A stretch of DNA of 42,842 nt from positions 1 through 42,842 of the IMG/VR virus record IMGVR_UViG_3300012942_000073. The stretch is one strand, 5' to 3'. Below the pieces are notes generated by a model, which worked only from the letters and a program-made list of their open reading frames with translations, ran no database searches and was not told where the DNA came from. A program made the position numbers and the translations under genes. Positions 7,684 through 14,872 of this stretch are shown here, piece by piece (the stretch's first letter is position 1; every line of letters begins with the position of its first letter). The DNA comes from a virus (taxonomy: Duplodnaviria > Caudoviricetes).

Positions 7684-10437
7684 ATGGCATCCATTCGAGA
7701 ACTGAAGCAGCGGATCGACCTGCACGACCTGGCTGCCAAGCTGGGCCTGGATCGGCCCGGTGGCGAGCGCGGCAACTACAAGAGCCCGCACCACAAGGAC
7801 AAGAACCCCAGCCTGTCGATCTTCGACGACGGCAAGGCCTGGAAGGATTTCAGCCATGACGCCGGCGGCGACTGCATCAGCCTGGTGCAGTACGTGGAGA
7901 ACATTGCCGACGTGCCCACCGCCATGCGGCGCCTGCACGAGCTGTTCGGCATTCCCTTCGACAAGCCGGACGACCCGCAGCCGCGCCGCGAGCGCACCCG
8001 CGAGGAGTTCCTGGCCGACGCCTGCCGCCCGGAGGCGGCCAAGGCCATCGACTACCTACGCAGCCGCGGCGTGAGCCAGCAGACGGCGGAGTGGGCCATT
8101 GCCCGCGGCGCCGTAGGCTTCAACACCTGGACCAGCGACAAGGTGCCGGCCGGCACGATGGGCCACGGCGGCCCGGCGGTGGCCTTCATCTGCCGCGACT
8201 ACCTGCACCACCAGGTGCGCGCGGTGGACTTCCGCTACCTGGATCCGTCCCTCAACGGCGACATGAAGACCAAGAGCCTGGGCCAGAAAGACGGCCAGCC
8301 CTGGTTCGTGGACCGCGGGCACATCCACCGGGCGCGGCGCATCTATCTGTTCGAGAGCGCCATCAACGCGTTGTGCGCCGAGGCCTGCGGGCTGCACGGC
8401 GCCGCCGCCATCGCCATCCGCGGCACCGGCAATGCGGCGAACATCGACTGGCGTTTCCTCGCCGGCAAGCAGGTGGTGATCTGCATGGACGCGGACCTGC
8501 CGAACGACAAGGGCGAGCGCCCGGGCGACAAGGCCGCGTGGCAGCTCTACGACCAGCTCACCGCGCTGAACATCGGCGCGCTGATGGTGGACCACAAGGA
8601 ATGGTACGAGCTGGGCCTGAACGATGCGGCGGACATCGCCGAGAAGCGCGGCCTGGACCACTTGCGCAGCATGCTGGAGACGCTGGAGCCCTGGGCCATC
8701 CCCGGCATGCCCGGCGCGGACATGCCGAACGGCCGCAACCGCCTGTACCTGCCGGCCCACGACTTCGGCGTGTACTGGCGCTTCCGCGTGAAGCCCGACT
8801 TCACCAGCTTCGTCAGCAAGCTGGAGAAGAACGAGGACGGCGGCGCCGACGTGCCCACGTTCGAGGACCTGTGCGGCTTCCGCGTGGCGGCGCTGAGCCG
8901 CGTCACCATCCAGAGCTACACCGCCACCATGACCGGCGAAGAGGACGCCGAGCCCAACGTGGTGTTCGCGGTGAGCGTGCAGACCGCGCGGCACGGTGCG
9001 CGCCTGGTGCGCCGGGTGTTCGGCGACGAGAAGCTGCACAACATCGAGCACTGGAAGAAGCTGGGCCCGGTGTTCAACCAGAGCCGCTTCCTGCGCATGA
9101 TCACTGTGCTGGAACGCGGCGCCGAGCTGGGCGCGCGCGACGCGATGAACTTCGTGGGCCTGGCCTGGCGCAACGGCCGCCCCACGGTGAACGAGGGGCC
9201 GGACTGCTACTTCACCGAGCCGGAGAAGCAATGCCCCTATGCCCGGCTCAGCTTCCCGCGCGGGCCGGTGGACGACGCGCGCCGCGTGATCGAGGCCTAC
9301 CAGGGCACCTTCCGCGACAACGCCGCCGCGCAGTTGCTCACCTGGGCGCTGGGCGGCCACCTGAAGGCCTTCCTTGGCTACTGGCCGCACATGATCGTGC
9401 AGGCCAAGAAGGGCAGCGGCAAGAGCACCCTGATCAAGCGCCTGGAGCGCACCGTGGGCATGACCATGTTCGGTGGCCAGAGCCTGCAGACCGAGTTCCG
9501 CCTGCTCACCAGCGTGTGCCACACCAGCCACCCGATCGGCTGGGAAGAGATCTCCGCCCGGCGGCAGGACGTGATCAACATCGCCGTGGCGATGCTGCAG
9601 GAGAGCTACCAGTACACCATGACGCGCCGCGGCGCGGACCTCACCGAGTTCCTGATGTCGGCGCCGGTGCTGCTGGCCGGAGAGGATGTGCCGGTGCGCA
9701 GCCTGACCGGCAAGGTGGTACGCGCCGACCTGTCCGGCCGCAAGGGCCCGAAGATGCCGGAAAGCCTGCCGCGCTTCCCCGTGCACGGCTGGCTGCAGTT
9801 CCTGTCCGGCCTGACCCGCGACCAGGTGCAGTTGCGCCTGACCGAGTGGGAGCAATGGTGCTGGGACGGCTGCCGCGCGCGGCAGGGTGACGAAGGTGCC
9901 AGCCGCATGGTGGCGAACTACGCCGCCCTGGCGCTGAGCTGGAGCCTGCTGTGCGAGTTCGCCGGCCTGGCGCGCGAGGCCGGCGGCTTCCTGCGCGACC
10001 TGCGCGCCGAGATGAACGCCCACATCGCTCAGACCAGCGGCGACCGGGAGCCGTGGGTGTGGATCCTGGAGACGGCCTTCAGCGAGATCGAGGCGCACCA
10101 GTTCCTGCACCCCTACGACTTCGACCTGATCGGCGAGGAAGAGGTGCTGATCCTTCGCCCGCAGCACGTGATGGACCACATCAGCACCACCAACCGGCTG
10201 CGCGAACAGTGGAACGGCCTGCCGGTGAAGAGCGGCCGCGTGTTCAAGCGGCAGTTGGACGACGCCGGCGTGATCGTGAAGGACGAACTGGACCGACGCA
10301 TCGGCCAGCGCCGCCACGCCCACCTCACCGCGCTCAGCCTGCGCAAGCTGGCCGAGTACGGCCTGTACGTATCCAAACCCGACGCCGCCAGCTCCTCCCT
10401 GCCGTGGGAACGGGGCGGCGCCAGCCACGACGACTGA
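7684..10437 (+). CDS. Primase-helicase replication protein (degenerate CHC2-like ZBD, Toprim, P-loop NTPase)
   Basis: SPHHKDKNPS...WKDF...GGD; Toprim LFESAIN and CMDAD; Walker A AKKGSGKST; Walker B-like IGWEE. Confidence 0.85.
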   Translation: MASIRELKQRIDLHDLAAKLGLDRPGGERGNYKSPHHKDKNPSLSIFDDGKAWKDFSHDAGGDCISLVQYVENIADVPTAMRRLHELFGIPFDKPDDPQPRRERTREEFLADACRPEAAKAIDYLRSRGVSQQTAEWAIARGAVGFNTWTSDKVPAGTMGHGGPAVAFICRDYLHHQVRAVDFRYLDPSLNGDMKTKSLGQKDGQPWFVDRGHIHRARRIYLFESAINALCAEACGLHGAAAIAIRGTGNAANIDWRFLAGKQVVICMDADLPNDKGERPGDKAAWQLYDQLTALNIGALMVDHKEWYELGLNDAADIAEKRGLDHLRSMLETLEPWAIPGMPGADMPNGRNRLYLPAHDFGVYWRFRVKPDFTSFVSKLEKNEDGGADVPTFEDLCGFRVAALSRVTIQSYTATMTGEEDAEPNVVFAVSVQTARHGARLVRRVFGDEKLHNIEHWKKLGPVFNQSRFLRMITVLERGAELGARDAMNFVGLAWRNGRPTVNEGPDCYFTEPEKQCPYARLSFPRGPVDDARRVIEAYQGTFRDNAAAQLLTWALGGHLKAFLGYWPHMIVQAKKGSGKSTLIKRLERTVGMTMFGGQSLQTEFRLLTSVCHTSHPIGWEEISARRQDVINIAVAMLQESYQYTMTRRGADLTEFLMSAPVLLAGEDVPVRSLTGKVVRADLSGRKGPKMPESLPRFPVHGWLQFLSGLTRDQVQLRLTEWEQWCWDGCRARQGDEGASRMVANYAALALSWSLLCEFAGLAREAGGFLRDLRAEMNAHIAQTSGDREPWVWILETAFSEIEAHQFLHPYDFDLIGEEEVLILRPQHVMDHISTTNRLREQWNGLPVKSGRVFKRQLDDAGVIVKDELDRRIGQRRHAHLTALSLRKLAEYGLYVSKPDAASSSLPWERGGASHDD

Positions 10438-10450
10438 AAAGGAGACGATC

Positions 10451-10885
10451 ATGCTCACACTGCAAACCCACCCCGATGGGCGCCTGGACATCCACTTCGA
10501 TCCGAAGGGAGCCGGCGCGGACACCGCCACCCACGTCACCATCAGCGCCGCGCCGCCGCGACTGGAATGGAGCCCGACGCTCTGCGACGGCAAACAGGTC
10601 GACCAGGAAGAGGCCCGAAAGGCATGCGCCGCGCTCGGACCCGGCTGGGATCTGCCGGAGCGGATGGAGTTGGAATCTATCCTCGACCTGAAGCGCCATG
10701 ACCCTGCCGTCGACACGTCGCGCTTCCCCGACACCAAGAGCACCTACTACTGGACCAAGACGGACTGCGCGTGGTCTTCGGACGGCGCGTGGGTCGTCGG
10801 CTTCGACCTCGGCCACGCCAGCCACGCCCACCGCGACTACGAGGCTTGCGTCCGGGCGGTTCGGCGCGTGCCCGCCGGTCAGTAA
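10451..10885 (+). CDS. DGR target 1, DUF1566/Lcl CLec-fold protein (144 aa)
   Basis: GWDLPERMEL, YYWTKT, AWVVGF..G, VRAVR; VR1 at the 3' end. Confidence 0.9.
   Translation: MLTLQTHPDGRLDIHFDPKGAGADTATHVTISAAPPRLEWSPTLCDGKQVDQEEARKACAALGPGWDLPERMELESILDLKRHDPAVDTSRFPDTKSTYYWTKTDCAWSSDGAWVVGFDLGHASHAHRDYEACVRAVRRVPAGQ
10769..10879 (+). repeat. DGR variable repeat VR1
   Basis: 111 nt; 13 mismatches to TR, 12 of them at TR adenines. Confidence 0.95.
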
Positions 10886-10920
10886 CTTTGCCTTTTTGCC
10901 CTTTCTTTCAGGAGATCACC

Positions 10921-11307
10921 ATGAATCGATTCATCGACAACGGCGACGGCACCGAGACCGACAGCGTCACGGGCCTCATCTGGACCAAGGCGACCGTCGC
11001 CAAGGATGTCACGCACAAACAGGCCGCTGCCGCCGTCAAGAAGCTGAGTGTGGCCGGCCATAAGGACTGGGACCTACCGACCGTGGAGGAGCTGTTCCCG
11101 CTTGCCGATCGCTCGCGCAAGCTGCCGGCGATCGACACCGACGCCTTTCTCGACACCGAGAGCGACCTGTACTGGACCAAGACCGACAGTGCGTGGTCTT
11201 CGGGCCACGCGTGGGTCGTCGGCTTCTACTACGGCCTCGCCAGCCACTACCACCGCGACGACAAGGCTTGCGTCCGGGCGGTTCGGCGCGTGCCCGCCGG
11301 TCAGTAA
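10921..11307 (+). CDS. DGR target 2, DUF1566/Lcl CLec-fold protein (128 aa)
   Basis: RFIDNGDGT.TD.VTGLIW, GHKDWDLPTVEEL, YWTKT, VRAVR; GGAG RBS; VR2 at the 3' end. Confidence 0.92.
   Translation: MNRFIDNGDGTETDSVTGLIWTKATVAKDVTHKQAAAAVKKLSVAGHKDWDLPTVEELFPLADRSRKLPAIDTDAFLDTESDLYWTKTDSAWSSGHAWVVGFYYGLASHYHRDDKACVRAVRRVPAGQ
11191..11301 (+). repeat. DGR variable repeat VR2
   Basis: 111 nt; 10 mismatches to TR, all at TR adenines. Confidence 0.95.
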
Positions 11308-11328
11308 CTCGGCCTTTCTGATCTGATC

Positions 11329-11766
11329 ATGTCGAATCCTCTGCCGCCCATCGCCACGGTCGCCATGCGCCTGCTCCTTGACATCGAGCGGGCGGTGCGC
11401 GGCTTCTCGCGATACGACAAGTCCACCCTGGGCGTGGATCTGCGCAAGCAGGCCATGACCGTGGTGCGCGTGTGCCATCGCGCGTGGCGGGACCGGGCAA
11501 GCCAGGCGTATTGGATCGAGCAGCTCGTCTGGGAGATCGACGAGGTCAAGCTCAGCCTGCAGTTGGGCAGCCAGTTGCGCGCCTTCGCCAGCTTCCGGCA
11601 GTTCGAGGCGCTCATCCGGGTGGCAGAGGAGCTGGGCCGCCAGGCCGGCGGCTGGAAGCGTAAGCAAGTCCCCCAGGGCCAGAATCCGGCACTCGATGCG
11701 GCGCCGGAGCGTGCCCAGATACTGAGTACCCGTGACGCCTCTGCCTGCGTAGGGGCCAAATCATGA
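11329..11766 (+). CDS. avd: DGR accessory variability determinant (four-helix bundle)
   Basis: FSRYDKSTLGVDLR...ELGRQAGGWKR pattern; located between the targets and TR/RT. Confidence 0.85.
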   Translation: MSNPLPPIATVAMRLLLDIERAVRGFSRYDKSTLGVDLRKQAMTVVRVCHRAWRDRASQAYWIEQLVWEIDEVKLSLQLGSQLRAFASFRQFEALIRVAEELGRQAGGWKRKQVPQGQNPALDAAPERAQILSTRDASACVGAKS

Positions 11767-13139
11767 CGAGGGCGCGCTACTCCACATCGAGCTGTTCGCC
11801 GGGATCGCAAGTTCACGGGGATGCGTGGTCTTCGGACAACGCGTGGGTCGTCAGCTTCAACAACGGCAACGCCAACAACTACCACCGCGACAACAAGGCT
11901 TGCGTCCGGGCGGTTCGGCGCGTGCCCGCCGGTGAGTATCAGGGGACAGGCGCCGAGGACGTGTCCTTGCGCGCCTTGCATGACGCCTGGCGCGCTGCGC
12001 GCCGGGGAAAGAAGCCGAGCACCGACCAGCTGGCGCTCGACGCACGCTGGGCGGACCACCTGCTGCATCTGCAGCGCGAATTGCAACGTGGCACTTGGAA
12101 GCCTCGCCCCAGCACCTGCTTCGTAGCCAACGGAGCCAAGGCGCGGGAGATCCATGCGCCGGCCGCCATCGACCGTATCGTGCATCACTGGGCAGTGCCG
12201 AAGCTCGAGGTGATCTGGGAGCCGCGCTTCATCTCGGACAGCTACGCCAACCGCAAGGGCAAAGGCAGCCATGCCGCCGTGCGCCAGGTGCAGCGGTTCG
12301 CGCGTCAGGTGCAGAGCGGCCAGGGCGGCGGCTACTTCCTGCAGCTCGACATCCGCAACTTCTTCAACTCGATCCACCGGCCCACGCTATGGGCCATCCT
12401 GAAGTCCGTCATGCAGCGGCACGACGTACCAGCGGTCGTACAGCACGCCATCCATGCGCTGCTGCGCCGGCCGCCACTGAGCGCGGGTGTGCGCTACTTC
12501 GGCCGCCCCGAGGACTTTGCGCTGGTGCCACCGCACAAGCGGCTGGCGAACGCGGCGCCAGGCTGCGGTCTGCCGATTGGCAACCTCAGCTCGCAGTTGT
12601 TCGCCAACATCTATCTGGACCGCCTGGACCAGTTCGTGAAGCACGTGCTGAAAGCACGGCGCTACGTCCGCTACGTCGACGACTTCGTCCTGGTCCATCA
12701 CGACAAGGCCGTATTGGGGGACTGGAAGCGGCAGATCGAGGTGTTCCTTGCGCGTGAGCTGCGCCTGCAACTCAAGGACGAAGGAGTACTCAGGCCGCTC
12801 ACGGACGGCATCGACTTCCTGGGCTACGTAATCCGGCCCACCCACACGCTGGTGCGCCGTCGCGTCGTCGCACACGCCCGCGCCGCACTGGCGGCCTGGG
12901 AGCGCCGGCACGTCGCGGCAGGCGCCTTTCACGTGACACCGGAGGATCTGCATCAGGTGCAATCCATCGCCGCCAGCTATGCCGGCCATTTCCGGCATGC
13001 CAACAGCTTCCGACTGCGGCAATCCCTCCACCGCCGCTTCCCGTGGCTGCATGCCGCCACGAGGCGCCGCCGATTCCATTACACATCAATGCATCGACAC
13101 ATCTCAATTGGATTAGCCATAAAGAAAGGGAATACGTGA
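11763..13139 (+). CDS. DGR reverse transcriptase (ORF includes TR in frame)
   Basis: KAREIHA..AIDRIVH, DIRNFFNSI, GLPIGNLSSQLFANIYL, YVRYVDDF, GIDFLGY. Confidence 0.95.
   Translation: MTRARYSTSSCSPGSQVHGDAWSSDNAWVVSFNNGNANNYHRDNKACVRAVRRVPAGEYQGTGAEDVSLRALHDAWRAARRGKKPSTDQLALDARWADHLLHLQRELQRGTWKPRPSTCFVANGAKAREIHAPAAIDRIVHHWAVPKLEVIWEPRFISDSYANRKGKGSHAAVRQVQRFARQVQSGQGGGYFLQLDIRNFFNSIHRPTLWAILKSVMQRHDVPAVVQHAIHALLRRPPLSAGVRYFGRPEDFALVPPHKRLANAAPGCGLPIGNLSSQLFANIYLDRLDQFVKHVLKARRYVRYVDDFVLVHHDKAVLGDWKRQIEVFLARELRLQLKDEGVLRPLTDGIDFLGYVIRPTHTLVRRRVVAHARAALAAWERRHVAAGAFHVTPEDLHQVQSIAASYAGHFRHANSFRLRQSLHRRFPWLHAATRRRRFHYTSMHRHISIGLAIKKGNT
11823..11933 (+). repeat. DGR template repeat TR
   Basis: Seven AAC codons and 21 adenines in total, followed by a 36-nt adenine-free GC-rich 3' segment identical in both VRs. 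Confidence 0.95.
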
Positions 13140-13426
13140 CCCGCCATAAAGCGCGCCCGAAGAGGCAATACCCCAAGCCGCCGCCGGCGCCGAAGCCGCG
13201 CCCGGCGCGCGGCGGCCTGGAGGACCTGGTCACCGACCATGCGCTGGTGCGCTACCTGCAGCGCGTGGTCGGCATGAATATCGACGACCTGCGCCGGCAA
13301 CTGGTCAGCGACGGCCGCGCCACGGTGATCCGGCAGATCGAGTGCGGCCGGTTGCGCCTGAGCGACGGCCTGGTGCTGGTGGTGAAGGGCGGCAAGGTGG
13401 TGACGGTTCTAGCTGGCGATGACTGA
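13136..13426 (+). CDS. Small hypothetical protein coupled to the RT stop
   Basis: GTGA overlap; VTDHALVRYLQRV...VVKGGKVVTVL, reminiscent of DUF4258/RelE-like small folds. Confidence 0.65.
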   Translation: MTRHKARPKRQYPKPPPAPKPRPARGGLEDLVTDHALVRYLQRVVGMNIDDLRRQLVSDGRATVIRQIECGRLRLSDGLVLVVKGGKVVTVLAGDD

Positions 13427-13442
13427 GTGTCGTGGTCATGCC

Positions 13443-13477
13443 TTCCCCTTGACCGCGAGCCCCGTGCCACACACGGT
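13443..13477 (+). promoter_or_regulatory. Putative late promoter 1 (terminase operon)
   Basis: TTCCCCTTGA-N17-CACACGGT. Confidence 0.7.
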
Positions 13478-13485
13478 CCCGCAGC

Positions 13486-14427
13486 ATGGGAAAGCTGCGG
13501 CCGCGCCTCGATGAAGTCCGTTTCCACTGCCTCGACTGCGACTACCGCTTCGTGGCTGCGCCGGCGCGCGTGGATGATGCGCCGGAAGACGAGTGGCACC
13601 CCTGGCGCTATTTCGCCGAATGCCCGGCCTGCGGCCGCGAGGCGCAGCAGGCGCGGAACGAGCGCGCCCTGCTGAAGGCCTGGGCCCGGGCCACCGGCCC
13701 GCGCACGCCGGAGGGCCTGGCCGCCGCGGCGAAGAACCTGGAAGGCCACCCCACGCCGGAAGAGGCGCGCCGCACGCGCTTCAACGCGCTGAAGCATGGA
13801 CTGACCGCGCGCACGGCCACCTACTGGCCGGCGCGGCCCGGGCGCTACCCGGACTGCGACGGCTGCGAATACTTTGCCGACTGCTTCGGCGCCACCGCCT
13901 GCCAGAAGCGGGTGGACCTGTATTTCCAGCACCACCTGGCCTTCGAGCTGGGCGACCCGAAGCTGCTGAACGAGCAGAACGCCGACCTGCAGGCGAACCT
14001 GCGGGCGATCATCAACCTGATGATCCTGGACGTGATCAAGGACGGCGCCACCGCCCGGGCGCCGGCCTGGTACTACGACAAGGACGGCGGCTTCCACCTG
14101 GCGCAGTACATGGACGAGTCCGGCAACCCGCAGACCATCACCGAGCTGCGCGAGCACCCGATGCTGAAGCGCATCGGCGAGTGGGTGGCGCGCATCGGCC
14201 TGTCCCTGTCCGACATGGGCATGACGCCGAAGGCGCGCGAGGACAGCGAGGAGGTGGCCGGCTACCTGGCCGGGCAGAAGCAGCGGCAGGAGAACCTGCT
14301 GGAGCACCAGTCGCGCCAGACCGCCGCACTGGAGGGACTGGCCGCGCTGATCGAGCGCAGCCGCCGCAACGCCGAGCGCGACCCGGTGCTGATCGAGCAC
14401 CAGCAGCAGGGCGGCACCGATGCTTGA
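13486..14427 (+). CDS. Putative terminase small subunit with zinc fingers
   Basis: CLDC, CPAC and CDGC motifs; TGPRTPEG...RFNALKHGL; first gene of the packaging operon. Confidence 0.55.
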   Translation: MGKLRPRLDEVRFHCLDCDYRFVAAPARVDDAPEDEWHPWRYFAECPACGREAQQARNERALLKAWARATGPRTPEGLAAAAKNLEGHPTPEEARRTRFNALKHGLTARTATYWPARPGRYPDCDGCEYFADCFGATACQKRVDLYFQHHLAFELGDPKLLNEQNADLQANLRAIINLMILDVIKDGATARAPAWYYDKDGGFHLAQYMDESGNPQTITELREHPMLKRIGEWVARIGLSLSDMGMTPKAREDSEEVAGYLAGQKQRQENLLEHQSRQTAALEGLAALIERSRRNAERDPVLIEHQQQGGTDA

Positions 14428-14872
14428 ACTGCGACCTTGCACCCTCAAGGATGCCGCCGCTTTCGTGGCGCAGCACCACCGGCACCATGCGCCGCCCCAT
14501 GGCGCCCGGTTTGCCATCGCCTGCATGGCCGCCGGCGAGATGGTGGGCGTCGTCATCGTGGGCCGACCGGTGGCGCGTGCGCTGGACGACGGCACTACCG
14601 CGGAGGCCGTGCGGGTCTGCACCTCGGCCGCGGCACCGCTGGGAACCTGCAGCAAACTGCTGCGCGCGGCATGGCGCGCCTGGTCGGCCATGGGCGGCCG
14701 TCGGCTGGTGACCTATACGCTGGCCACGGAGAGCGGTGCCAGCTTGCGCGGCGCCGGCTTCATCCTGGATCGTGTAGTGCCGGCGAAGACGTGGGACTGC
14801 CCCTCGCGTCGGCGGCAGCGCCGTGCGATCGACGTCGAGCCGAAGGCGCGGTGGATGGTGTGCCGTGCCTGA
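14420..14872 (+). CDS. XF1762-family (Mom-like, GNAT-fold) putative DNA-modification protein
   Basis: FVAQHHRHH, VGVVIVGRPVARALDDG, CSKL..AAWRA, LVTYTL..ESGASLRGAGF. Confidence 0.7.
   Translation: MLELRPCTLKDAAAFVAQHHRHHAPPHGARFAIACMAAGEMVGVVIVGRPVARALDDGTTAEAVRVCTSAAAPLGTCSKLLRAAWRAWSAMGGRRLVTYTLATESGASLRGAGFILDRVVPAKTWDCPSRRRQRRAIDVEPKARWMVCRA

Larger units (their letters stand above)
10451..13139 (+). mobile_element. Diversity-generating retroelement: target1-target2-avd-TR/RT
   Basis: Two VRs and one TR differ almost only at TR adenines; Avd-like gene; RT with GNLSSQ and YVDD. Confidence 0.97.

Noticed and set aside
8056-10743. Long minus-strand ORFs (also 14760-16679, 19230-21821, 28900-31353)
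   Set aside because: Antisense shadows of GC3-rich genes, with no motifs or RBS.
10769-11933. Three ~111-bp repeats as a CRISPR array or simple duplication
   Set aside because: No repeat-spacer periodicity or cas genes; the adenine-specific mismatches identify VR and TR.
11763-13139. RT as group II intron, retron or Abi RT
   Set aside because: The GNLSSQ motif, avd and TR/VR pairs are diagnostic of a DGR; no retron VTG motif is evident.
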